From NCBI GenBank assembly GCA_041320515.1, contig JBGLNR010000001.1, positions 1,510,201 to 1,574,200 on the forward strand: a stretch of DNA of 64,000 nucleotides, read 5' to 3'. Position 1 is the first letter of the stretch. The number at the start of each line of letters is the position of its first letter. The notes under the pieces were generated by a model that saw only the letters and a program-made list of their open reading frames with translations, ran no database searches and was not told where the DNA came from. Origin of the DNA: Planctomycetota bacterium. GTDB taxonomy: Bacteria > Planctomycetota > PUPC01 > DSUN01. The position numbers were made by a program, and so were the translations under genes. Shown in pieces: positions 9,764 to 18,599 of this stretch.

Positions 9764-11446
9764 ATGAGGCGTGCCGAGGCAGTCATCGCGGCGGCGATTC
9801 TGGCGGGCAGCGCCGCGCTCATCTTCACCCGCCTCGGCCACTACGCCTTTTGGAACGACGAGGCATACACCGCCCTCCTGGCCAAGAGCGTGTGGCGGAC
9901 GGGCGACACCCACGCCGTCGTCGGCCACAACATCATCGCGTTCCAGGGCGGAGCGGCGCTGGAGAACCTGCGCCACCGCTTCGACCCGCCGCTGGCCTAC
10001 TACCTGGCCGCCCCCTTCCTCGGCATTCTGGGCGATTCCACCCTCGCGGGGCGCCTGCCCTTCGCCCTCTGCGGCCTGGCCACCGTAGCTCTCATGGTAT
10101 GGTGGGCCTGGCGCGAACGGGCGAGCCGCCTCACCTGGCTCGTCCTCGCCGTCGCGGTCCTCGGCAACGTGTCGCTCATGCTCTACTCGCGCCAGTGCCG
10201 CTACTACGCCCTGGCAATGCTCCTCTCAACCGTGCTGGCCTACCTGTACCTCCACCCACGCGGGGCAGAGACGCCCCGCCTACAAGCGGGACGCGGGGCA
10301 CGGGAGCCCATCGCTGGCGATGGGCGCCCCCGCCTACAGCGCATCCGATGGCTTGTGACGATGGCCGCCGTGTCGGTCTGCCTCCTGGCAACGAACTACA
10401 TCAACTACGCCGCGTTCTACGCCTGCGCCGCCGTGGACTACGTGGTCTGGAAGGGCCGCCATCGCCTCACGCGGCGGGACGCCCTCGTGCTCTTCGCGCC
10501 CCAGCTCATCATTGGCGTGGCCATCGTCTCCGTGTGGAACCCCCTCGGCAAGGCTGTGCCGTCTGAGGGGATCGTGCCCCCTGAGAGCGTGTCCTGGGTG
10601 GCTGACAAAGCGGAGCTGCTCTGGCGGAGCTTGCGGGACATCAACCGCTGCGAATACGGCGTCGGCCTGCTTCTCCTCGCAGCCCCGCTCATCTACCCGC
10701 TGGCCAAGGACCCGTGGCTTCTGCGTTTGCCGGCCGCTGTGCTGGTCTACCTTGTGGCTGTGACGCTAGCTTCGCCCCAGGTGCTGTATCTGACCGACGA
10801 GGCCGACGTGCGCTACCTCGTGCCGCTCATCCCCCTGTGCATCGCTCAGGGGGTCGTGACCGCGAGGGCGCTCACCAAGGCCCTCCCCATCGCCGCCTTA
10901 CCCTTGGCCATTGTGGCGTTCGGCACAAACCTGCTCCACGCAGCGCCCCTCTGGGGCCAGCCCGTGCGCTCCACCATCGTCGAGTACGTTGGCGAGCTGG
11001 CCCGGCCGCGAACGACCGCCTACGGCGCCGCAGCCGCGTGGATCAACGCGAACGTCAGGGAGGGCGAGAGCATCTGGGCGCTGCCCGAATACGCCATCTC
11101 GCCCCTGATGTTCCACGCCCCCAAGGCCGTCTACGCCTGGCAACTCACGGATCCGCCGGAAGAGCAGTTCCGCGGCCTGCCGGCCGTCCATTTCAAGAGA
11201 CGCATGCCGCCTGACTACATGATCGCCTTTGGGCCATTCGTCCTCCCGCTGAAGAACAGGCTCAAGCAATGGGGCGGATACGCCCCGGCCGCGACCCTCG
11301 ACGCCTACTGGCGCGACGACACGCGCCCAGAGCTGCACTGGCACGCCTTCCGCCCCGTCACCCGCTTCAACCGGGCGACAGAGGGCATCTACGTCTTCCG
11401 CCGCGTAGGAGAGCAGACGCAAAGAGCGGACAAAGCGGAGGACTGA
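9764..11446 (+). CDS. Polytopic membrane glycosyltransferase, GT39/ArnT/PMT-like
   Basis: N-terminus AAILAGSAALIFTRLGHYAFWNDEAYTALLAKS is typical of ArnT-like enzymes. Many hydrophobic segments follow. Start ATG 9764 chosen inside track ORF 9590..11446. Confidence 0.75.
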   Translation: MRRAEAVIAAAILAGSAALIFTRLGHYAFWNDEAYTALLAKSVWRTGDTHAVVGHNIIAFQGGAALENLRHRFDPPLAYYLAAPFLGILGDSTLAGRLPFALCGLATVALMVWWAWRERASRLTWLVLAVAVLGNVSLMLYSRQCRYYALAMLLSTVLAYLYLHPRGAETPRLQAGRGAREPIAGDGRPRLQRIRWLVTMAAVSVCLLATNYINYAAFYACAAVDYVVWKGRHRLTRRDALVLFAPQLIIGVAIVSVWNPLGKAVPSEGIVPPESVSWVADKAELLWRSLRDINRCEYGVGLLLLAAPLIYPLAKDPWLLRLPAAVLVYLVAVTLASPQVLYLTDEADVRYLVPLIPLCIAQGVVTARALTKALPIAALPLAIVAFGTNLLHAAPLWGQPVRSTIVEYVGELARPRTTAYGAAAAWINANVREGESIWALPEYAISPLMFHAPKAVYAWQLTDPPEEQFRGLPAVHFKRRMPPDYMIAFGPFVLPLKNRLKQWGGYAPAATLDAYWRDDTRPELHWHAFRPVTRFNRATEGIYVFRRVGEQTQRADKAED

Positions 11447-11598
11447 GGCCCGAGCGCGCCGAGACTGGCGAAGCCGAGCTTGCGCTCAGATGGGATGGAG
11501 CCTAGAATGGACTCCGGGCCGCCGCTGGCCTCAACGGAGTTGAGGACATCGCCAACGGGCGGCCAACCCGAGCAATCAAGCAACGAAGGAGCAACGCT

Positions 11599-13512
11599 AT
11601 GAACCGGAGACGAACGGTTCATGTGGCATGCCTGGTGGCAACGGCCGCACTTGGCGTGGCGCACGCATGGGCAGCCGTGAAGGCGGCGCCTGAGACCCCA
11701 CTCACCAAGGCCGGGGAGAAGCTCCTCGCACGGTACTCCGCCATGCTCATGGCATTGCAGGCGGAGATCGTCAAGTCGGCCCCGAAGATTGACGAGGCGA
11801 AGCGGGCCGCCTTCCTGAGAGCGTATCAGGACGAGGCGGCGGCGGCGGCGGCCGAACTGAATGCGATGCGAGTTCAAGACAGGAGCAAGGACAAGGAGGC
11901 GGCGGCAAAGGCTTACACTGCCGCCAAGGAGGCCCTCGCGCTGGCGGCGACGAACGCGCAGGCGCCGGCCAAGGCCGTGCTGACGAACCTGGAGAAGTTC
12001 CTGGCGAGCGACAAACTGGATCCGCAACTGGTGAAATACGTGGTGCTGGCCGAGGCCACGCCGCGCGGCCTGGCGGAGTTCGCCCAGCAGGGGAAAGAGC
12101 AGGAAGCCCTCGTGGAGAAGCTCCTTGTGGACGATGCCCTGATGAAGCAGATGCTGATCGCGGACGGCACCAAGGGTGGCAAGTATGGCCAGGCAATGAA
12201 GATCTACACCGACATCCAGAAGGCGAGCGCCAAGGCCAGGGATGGCGTCCTGCAGCGGCTGGCACTGGGCATCAGCTCGGAGCATGCGGTGCCGGTCGAG
12301 CAGACCAACCCTGCGGACCAGCCCGACGCTCCGGCCACCGTGGATCCGGTGAAGCGGTACCTGCACTTCGAGAAGGCGTACCTCGATGGCGAGCTGGATC
12401 CCGGCTTCAAGGATCTGACCGTCTGGGAGTATCGAAATGTCGTCAACGGCGATGAGTCGGATAGCACTCTCGCCTGGGGGCGCCAGATGCTCCGAAACTA
12501 CCGGCCCGACCACATCTCCACTTCGGACTATCGCTGGCGTTATGTGGCAGCCGTCAAGACCGATGTCAAGTACGGGTCGCAGGACGTCAAGAATGACCTC
12601 CCCACGCTGCACAAGTACCAGAATATCCTCATGAACGGTGGCGTGTGCGGCCGGCGCGCGTTCTTCGGGCGCTTCATCCTCCGCAGCTTCGGCATCCCGA
12701 CCGTTGCCCGTCCCCAGCGTGGCCATGCTGCCCTGGCCCACTGGACGCCCGATGGTTGGGTGGTCTGCCTTGGCGCCGCCTGGCCGTGGGGCTGGACAAG
12801 TTATGGCGAGGGAGTCGATTTCGCGTTCCACACGCAGGCGAGGGAGAATGAGCAGGCATTTCTCGAAGCGCTGCGCGCCCAGTGGGTGGGCTCTGTGCTC
12901 GGCGAGAGCAAGGCCTTCGGTTTCCACGCCTCGGCTTCCGGCTTCTGGAATGGCGTCGCGCTCTACCGGCAGCGGGCGATTATCGAAACGGCCAAGGCGA
13001 CGGCGCTGGCCGCGGTCGGCACGGACATTGGCGAGGCGAATGAATCCAAGGAGAAGGAGGTCGTTGAAGCAGTAACCGTGACCGATGCCGACAGGAAGAT
13101 CGTCGTCGGGCAGGACGGGGTGATCACGATTCCGGCCGTGGCCTGCAGCAAACCGGCCAACAGCACGGGGAAGATCGCCTTCATGAAGAGCTGCCTGGGC
13201 GAAATGCAGTTGCACTACAACCGGAACGGGAAGCCCGAGGAGTTCGAATACACCTTCGAGGCCCCAACCGCCGGAAAGTATGCGCTCGTCGCGCGCGTGG
13301 TGACGGTGAACAAGGACCAGCACCTCCTGGTCGCGGCCAACGACGCCAAGGAGCCGACCGACATCGCGGTGCCTTTCACCGGCGGCATGTGGGATAAGAC
13401 GAAACCGGCCGAGATCTCATTGGCCAAGGGCAGAAATGTCCTTCGCTTCTCGCGCAACGAGCCGGTCAAGGGGTTGACCATCAAGGACTTCACGCTGACC
13501 CCCGTGAAGTGA
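11599..13512 (+). CDS. Secreted protein with a transglutaminase-like Cys-His core and a C-terminal CBM-like beta-sandwich
   Basis: Signal peptide present. GGVCGRRAFFGRFILRSFGIPT...GHAALAHWTPDGW resembles the transglutaminase-like core. The C-terminal ~130 aa (GKYALVARVV...LTIKDFTLTPVK) looks like CBM6/35. Confidence 0.5.
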   Translation: MNRRRTVHVACLVATAALGVAHAWAAVKAAPETPLTKAGEKLLARYSAMLMALQAEIVKSAPKIDEAKRAAFLRAYQDEAAAAAAELNAMRVQDRSKDKEAAAKAYTAAKEALALAATNAQAPAKAVLTNLEKFLASDKLDPQLVKYVVLAEATPRGLAEFAQQGKEQEALVEKLLVDDALMKQMLIADGTKGGKYGQAMKIYTDIQKASAKARDGVLQRLALGISSEHAVPVEQTNPADQPDAPATVDPVKRYLHFEKAYLDGELDPGFKDLTVWEYRNVVNGDESDSTLAWGRQMLRNYRPDHISTSDYRWRYVAAVKTDVKYGSQDVKNDLPTLHKYQNILMNGGVCGRRAFFGRFILRSFGIPTVARPQRGHAALAHWTPDGWVVCLGAAWPWGWTSYGEGVDFAFHTQARENEQAFLEALRAQWVGSVLGESKAFGFHASASGFWNGVALYRQRAIIETAKATALAAVGTDIGEANESKEKEVVEAVTVTDADRKIVVGQDGVITIPAVACSKPANSTGKIAFMKSCLGEMQLHYNRNGKPEEFEYTFEAPTAGKYALVARVVTVNKDQHLLVAANDAKEPTDIAVPFTGGMWDKTKPAEISLAKGRNVLRFSRNEPVKGLTIKDFTLTPVK

Positions 13513-13541
13513 ATCCGTCACTCGAGAAAGGAGACGAAGGG

Positions 13542-14549
13542 ATGAAGAAAGCAGCACTGGCGCTGGCCGCCCTGGTGTGGGCCAGCCTGACCGTCCTGGC
13601 CGTCGAGGTGCCAAAGGAACTGCCGCGGCCGGACGGCAAGGAAGCGGACATGAGCAAGCCCGTGCAGGTCTACATCCTCCTCGGCCAGTCCAACATGGTG
13701 GGCGCGGGCAAGATCGCCGGCGACAAGGACGGCACGCTGGAGAATGCAGTCAAGGCGAAGAAGAAGTACCCCTACCTTGTGGATGACGCCGGCAACTGGA
13801 CCGAGCGCAAGGACGTGCGTTTCGTGCGTGTCATGGGAAGCGGCACGGGACCGATGCGAGAGTTCAACAACGAATGGATGAGCGTCAAGGGCAGGACCAT
13901 CGGCCCGGAACTCGGCATTGGGCATTACGTGGGGCATGTCACGGATGCGCCCGTGATGATCCTCAAGAGCTGCATCGGCAACCGCAGCCTCGGCTGGGAC
14001 CTGTTGCCCCCCGGCAGCAAGGGATATGAGTTCACGGACAAGAAGCCGATCACCTGGTACGCCGGCATGCAGTACGACGGCGACGTGGCCAACGCGAAGA
14101 AGGTGCTGTCGGAACTCGACAAGTACTACCCCGGCGCCAAGGGCTACGAGATCGCGGGCTTCTTCTTCTGGCAGGGCGACAAGGACCGCTACGATGCCGG
14201 GCTCGCCAGCCACTACGAGCAGAACCTCGTCCACTTCATCCAGCAGTTGCGCAAGGACTTCAATGCCCCGAACGCGAAGTTCGTCGTCGCCACCCTCGGC
14301 CAGACCAAGAAGGGCGACGGGGGCAACGAGGGAAAGATACTCGAGGCCCAGCTCGCCGTTGACGGCAACAGTGGCAAGTACCCGGAGTTCAAGGGCAACG
14401 TGGCCTCCGTCTACTCCAACCCCTTCTGCCATGGCGGCGCCTCCAACAGCCATTACGGCGGCAACGCGGAAACCTACATGGATATCGGCGAAGCCATGGG
14501 CCGGGCGATGGCTGAGTTGATCGGGGCAAGCAGCGGCTCATCCAAGTAG
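13542..14549 (+). CDS. Sialate O-acetylesterase-like (SASA/DUF303) carbohydrate esterase
   Basis: RBS AAAGGAG precedes the start and a signal peptide follows. Family motifs YILLGQSNMVGAG and FFFWQGDKD are present. Confidence 0.85.
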   Translation: MKKAALALAALVWASLTVLAVEVPKELPRPDGKEADMSKPVQVYILLGQSNMVGAGKIAGDKDGTLENAVKAKKKYPYLVDDAGNWTERKDVRFVRVMGSGTGPMREFNNEWMSVKGRTIGPELGIGHYVGHVTDAPVMILKSCIGNRSLGWDLLPPGSKGYEFTDKKPITWYAGMQYDGDVANAKKVLSELDKYYPGAKGYEIAGFFFWQGDKDRYDAGLASHYEQNLVHFIQQLRKDFNAPNAKFVVATLGQTKKGDGGNEGKILEAQLAVDGNSGKYPEFKGNVASVYSNPFCHGGASNSHYGGNAETYMDIGEAMGRAMAELIGASSGSSK

Positions 14550-14550
14550 C

Positions 14551-14655
14551 CACTTCCGCGGCTACCACTACAACCGCAACGCCGAGACCTACATGGAAGT
14601 CGGCAACGCCCTCGGCTGGGCCATGGCGGAGCTGCTGAGGAACAAGAGAGAATGA
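14551..14655 (+). pseudogene. 34-codon C-terminal remnant of a second SASA-type esterase paralogue
   Basis: It starts 1 nt after the 13542..14549 stop. It translates to HFRGYHYNRNAETYMEVGNALGWAMAELLRNKRE*, which aligns with the intact gene's HYGGNAETYMDIGEAMGRAMAELIG. There is no start codon. Confidence 0.75.
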
Positions 14656-14699
14656 TCGCTCAGGTAGAAGCGTGCCAAGGTCCTCGTGGCTCCTCCGCA

Positions 14700-14771
14700 T
14701 GCCGTGCCAGGCACATCCTGCAGGCGCTGGAGGGCATCCACGTCTTCCGCCGCGTGGCAAAGGAGAGATGA
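14700..14771 (+). pseudogene. 3'-end remnant resembling the C-terminus of the GT39-like gene
   Basis: 14730-14757 gagggcatccacgtcttccgccgcgtgg matches 11385-11412 gagggcatctacgtcttccgccgcgtag apart from 2 mismatches. It reads ..ALEGIHVFRRVAKER*, compared with ATEGIYVFRRVGEQ in the intact gene. Confidence 0.55.
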
Positions 14772-14772
14772 C

Positions 14773-15906
14773 ATGAGACTGCTCACGGCTTGTCTGCTCG
14801 CACTCTCGGCCGCAGTGTTCGCGGCGGACGCGCCGACCCGCGTAGCCTGCGTGGGCGACAGCATCACGGAGTTCTCCGGCTATCCGGCTCAGTTGCAGAA
14901 GATGCTGGATGAGTACGCCAAGGAGAAAGGGCGCTATGAGGTCAAGAACTTCGGCGTGAGTGGCTCGACCATGCTCTTCAGGAGCGAGAAGCCCTACGTC
15001 AAGCAGCCCCAGTACAAGGCCGCCCTGGAATACCAGCCGCAACTTGTCGTGCTGATGCTCGGCACGAACGACACGCGCAGAGCTGGGCCGAACACGTTCC
15101 AGCACATCGGCGAGTTCGTTCCGAATGCCGTGGAACTGATCAAGTCGCTCACCGACTTGCCGAGCAAGCCCAAGGTGTTCGTGTGTCTGCCAGTCCCGAT
15201 TGCGAAGGCCGGAAACTGGGGGCTGAACAACGAGAACCTGGTTGCAGGCGTGCTTCCGGGCGTGCGCAAGGCAGCGGAGGAGTCGGGGGCCACTCTCGTT
15301 GACATGCACACGCCGCTCCTTGGCCGTGAGGAGTGGTTTCCTGACAACGTGCATCCTCAAGGTGAAGGAACCAAGGCCATCGCGTGCGTGGCCTTCCAGG
15401 CCATCACGGGAATCAAGCCACCTGTCTGGCTGCTGCCCCCGCCCAAGACCATCATCGGCCCGAATCTGCTCACCAATCCAGGCGCTGAGGAGGGCCTGAG
15501 TGGGTGGACTGCACGCGGCGGAAAGATGGAGCTGGTTCAGGCCCCCGTACATGCGGGGAGGAATGCCGTGAAACTCACCGGCCGCACAGCAAGCTGGCAC
15601 GGCTGCGGACAGGACGTGACCGCGTTGCTGAACCAGCAGGGTCCCGGCGCCTACCTGTTCCGCTGCTACCTGCGCGCGGCGAGGCCGGAGGACAAGATTT
15701 CCGCGACAGTCACGATGATGCTCTCGGAAGGCGGCTATCCCTCATCGAGGTTCGAGCCACTCAGCGCGGAGAAGTGGACGCAGTTGACCGCCATCTACCG
15801 CCTGCACTGGAAGGCCGAGAAGCTCAAACAAGCTGTGCTCTACTTCCAGACCCAGGGGAACGGCGACGTATTCGCTGATGACTTCGAACTGATCAAGGGG
15901 GAATAG
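14773..15906 (+). CDS. SGNH/GDSL hydrolase fused to a C-terminal CBM4/9-like carbohydrate-binding module
   Basis: SGNH blocks are present: VGDSITE, GTNDT and DNVHPQGEG. The C-terminal NLLTNPGAEEGLSGWTARGG region is CBM_4_9-like. Signal peptide and RBS are present. Confidence 0.85.
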   Translation: MRLLTACLLALSAAVFAADAPTRVACVGDSITEFSGYPAQLQKMLDEYAKEKGRYEVKNFGVSGSTMLFRSEKPYVKQPQYKAALEYQPQLVVLMLGTNDTRRAGPNTFQHIGEFVPNAVELIKSLTDLPSKPKVFVCLPVPIAKAGNWGLNNENLVAGVLPGVRKAAEESGATLVDMHTPLLGREEWFPDNVHPQGEGTKAIACVAFQAITGIKPPVWLLPPPKTIIGPNLLTNPGAEEGLSGWTARGGKMELVQAPVHAGRNAVKLTGRTASWHGCGQDVTALLNQQGPGAYLFRCYLRAARPEDKISATVTMMLSEGGYPSSRFEPLSAEKWTQLTAIYRLHWKAEKLKQAVLYFQTQGNGDVFADDFELIKGE

Positions 15907-15976
15907 GGGAGCATAGGTGTGGGGGTGGGCATCATGTGCCGTAAGACGTGTTGCGGCAATCACTTAGGCGATGCGT

Positions 15977-16017
15977 TCAGATGATCAAACCCAGGGAGGG
16001 GGGAAGTGATCATCTGA
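15977..16017. repeat. Hairpin repeat; same family as the hairpins at 53135-53345
   Basis: tcagatgatca / tgatcatctga arms (11 bp) flank a loop aacccagggaggggggaag. The core CCCnGGGRGRGRGAAGTGAT is shared with the 53.1-53.3 kb hairpins. Confidence 0.7.
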
Positions 16018-16066
16018 GCGCCTGACGCGCGCTGGGGGGGCGACTGGGGCGGGGGCGGGGCTATGC

Positions 16067-16095
16067 TTGACGCCGTGCTGCGGCTTTGCTACAAT
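16067..16095 (+). promoter_or_regulatory. Sigma70-like promoter: TTGACG, 17-nt spacer, TACAAT
   Basis: Read directly from the sequence: TTGACG at 16067-72, a 17-nt spacer, TACAAT at 16090-95. Confidence 0.5.
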
Positions 16096-16137
16096 ACTTG
16101 ACCGACTAAGTCGAGATTGCGCGGCCGCAAGCGTTCC

Positions 16138-16166
16138 TTGACCGAGTCCCGTCCCGCGAGTACAAT
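16138..16166 (+). promoter_or_regulatory. Second sigma70-like promoter: TTGACC, 17-nt spacer, TACAAT
   Basis: TTGACC at 16138-43, a 17-nt spacer, TACAAT at 16161-66. It lies 71 bp downstream of the first and about 60 nt upstream of the 16227 ORF. Confidence 0.5.
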
Positions 16167-16226
16167 GCAAGGGCAGTCCACCCCGGTTCATGGGCGGCCG
16201 GCAGCGGCCCCGGAGAGGCAGCGAAG

Positions 16227-17168
16227 GTGAATAAGTCGTATTGCATGAAGTGCCACGACCTAGTGCCCACGCGGCGCGAGACGCGCGAGGGCAAGGTCTA
16301 CCTGGTAAAAGAGTGCCCCAAGTGCGGGCCGAACGAGACCTATCTCTCGTCGGACGCCGAGCGGCACTTCATCAAGCGCAACCTGGACCCCGGCTTCGGG
16401 TACGAGGGCTGCCAGATCACCTGCATGGACTGCGCGCACCACAGGGCGCCCACCTATGCGTTCGTGGACGTGACGAACCGCTGCAACCTGAACTGCCCGA
16501 TGTGCGCCGACGGCGTGTTCGCCCACGGCTTCGCGTTCGACCCGCCGCTCGCCCGCTCGGGCACCAACCCGTGCCTCTGGCGCGTGGCTGATGGCACGCC
16601 GTCGGGCCAGCCCGTCCTGCTCACGCGCAAGGGAAGCTGGCTCGGCTTCGACGGCATGGCCTTCGCCACCGACGGCAAGACGGTGCTGCTCGCGTGGACG
16701 ACGTTCCGCGATGGCGGCGGCCGCAGCAGCGGCGCCGACAAGAGCGGCCTGCTTGTCCTCGATGCTGACGGCACAGGCCTCTGGCCTGCGGAGGCCACAG
16801 GCGGGACGCCTGTGCCACCGACGCCTGTGCCACCAGGGCCGGCCGTCCAGAGCCTCAGCTCTGCCACTGAAAGGCCGCGCGTTCGTCACCCCTCGCCCGC
16901 CTGGGACGGCGCTCGCTACGTGGTGGCCTGGGACGTGCCGCGGAAGAGCAAGGAGTTCAGCTACGAGGGTGTCTTCTATCGCTGCTTCGCCCCCGACGGC
17001 AAGCCGCTCGGCGGCGACGAGCCCGTGGTGGACGACCCCGCCAGCCCGGCCTACTCGCCGGCCGTGGCGTCCGACGGCGCCGGCACGACGCTCCTCGCCT
17101 ACGAGCGGCACCCGCGCGCGGGCGACACCCCGATCAGGATTGGCGTCCGCGTGCTGGCGGCCAAGTGA
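16227..17168 (+). CDS. Chimeric ORF: Zn-ribbon plus radical-SAM N-terminal fragment (about 108 aa) fused in frame to an unrelated C-terminal region
   Basis: The N-terminus has CxxC...CxxC and the radical SAM motif VTNRCNLNCPMC. Radical-SAM-like sequence stops near GFAFDPPL (about nt 16550). The remainder (DGKTVLLAWTT..., ARYVVAWD..., TTLLAYERH) has a different character, and no SAM-binding or TIM-barrel remainder is seen. Confidence 0.55.
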   Translation: MNKSYCMKCHDLVPTRRETREGKVYLVKECPKCGPNETYLSSDAERHFIKRNLDPGFGYEGCQITCMDCAHHRAPTYAFVDVTNRCNLNCPMCADGVFAHGFAFDPPLARSGTNPCLWRVADGTPSGQPVLLTRKGSWLGFDGMAFATDGKTVLLAWTTFRDGGGRSSGADKSGLLVLDADGTGLWPAEATGGTPVPPTPVPPGPAVQSLSSATERPRVRHPSPAWDGARYVVAWDVPRKSKEFSYEGVFYRCFAPDGKPLGGDEPVVDDPASPAYSPAVASDGAGTTLLAYERHPRAGDTPIRIGVRVLAAK

Positions 17169-18589
17169 TGAAGAGAGCGTCGCTCGCCGCTGCCCTCGTT
17201 TCGCTGCTGCTCGGCTGCCAACAGGCTTCCCGCGATGCCGCGGCGCCCTTCGTGGTCCCTCACGCCGCGGCGCCCGTCGAGAGGGTCTTCGCCAGCGAGG
17301 CGGGCGGGTGGGCCGCCCGTCTCGCCGCCTTGGGCAAGGGCGTGACGGCTGTGCCCGCCGAACAGGATGCAGCGTTCCCATCCTGGCCGACCGATGCCTG
17401 GGTGTTCGGCTACCGCGGCGGCCGCCTCGAAGTCCTGGAAATGCCTGTCGAGCGACCGCCGGCAGCGCGGAGTTGGCGCCGAATCCGCGTCGGCGCGAAG
17501 CGCGAGTTCCCAGAGGGCCGCTTCGACGCCGGCGGCAACATCCTCGTCTCGCCCCCCGTGCCGGGCCGCTTCCCGCTCGGACGCATCATCACGAGCGCCC
17601 AGGTGCAGCCGGCGCTCAAGGAGTTCTTCCGCGCCCAGCGGGTGCAAGCGGGGCACGACGGCCAACTCGTCGAGCTGGACACGGCATGGCTCAAGGTGGG
17701 CCACGTGGACGAGATAGTGGCCTTCGTGCCGGCTGCTGCCGGCGGCTTTCGCCTAGTCCTGCCTGACCCAGAGGCGGGGCTGAAGCTCCTGGCCGCCGTG
17801 CCGCCCGAGCGCGTGCTGTTCGCGGCCCAGAGCGGCGCCCAGATGGCAGGCGCGGTCACGGCGGCCGGGGCGCGGTTCCTGGAAGACCGCTCGCGCGACT
17901 TCGGTAAGGGGCGGTGGACGCACGTGCGCATCACCTCGGGCAAGGCGGCGGGCCTGGTGGCGCGCGTCGCCCGCGCCGAGGGGAGCCGCCTGATCATCGA
18001 GCGCTGCTGGGACCTGCGCGGCGGGGCAGCGGCAGCCGTGCGCGCCGCCCGCGACGGCGTGGCCGAGGCGATGCCCGTCTGGTTCGACGTGCCCGACGCC
18101 ACGAGCCGCTACATCGCCGTCGAGGACTCGCGGATGTGGCTCGACGGCAGGGGGGAGGAGTTCCCCGCGCTCATCACCGCGGGCGAGCTGGTCCGCGACC
18201 CCTCTCTGGCCTCTGCCGCAGCCGTTTCCGGGCGACGCATCTACGGACCTGGCGGCATTCGCGAGACCGTGAGCCGCGCGCTCGGCCTGGTTGAGGATGA
18301 GGCGATTCGCCTCCCCGTCCTCTTCTGCGCCGACGAGGCCGGCGGCGCCGTGGCCGCGCTCGCGCCCAACCCCGTCAACCTGGTTTGCCTGGGCGGCGCT
18401 GTACTGCTGCTCAAGCCGCTTGGCCCGCGTGAGAATCCAGCCGATGAATCCACCGATGTGCTTCTGCGTGCCTGGCGACAGGCCATCGAGCGGCTGGGCG
18501 TCCGTCCCGTGTTCCTGGACGGCTGGGACGGCCTCCACCGGCGCGACGGCGGCGCGCGTTGCGGCACCAACGTCCTGCGCAGGCTCTGA
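17168..18589 (+). CDS. Lipoprotein homologous to protein-arginine deiminase (PAD, eukaryote-type catalytic domain)
   Basis: Lipobox LLLGC. [22 protein letters not shown] parallels human PAD4 [32 protein letters not shown]...PLGRII parallels GNLEVSPPV..PLGRIL. The C-terminal CGTNVLRRL corresponds to the catalytic Cys motif HCGTNVRR. Confidence 0.8.
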   Translation: [473 protein letters not shown]

Positions 18590-18599
18590 CAGTACGGCG

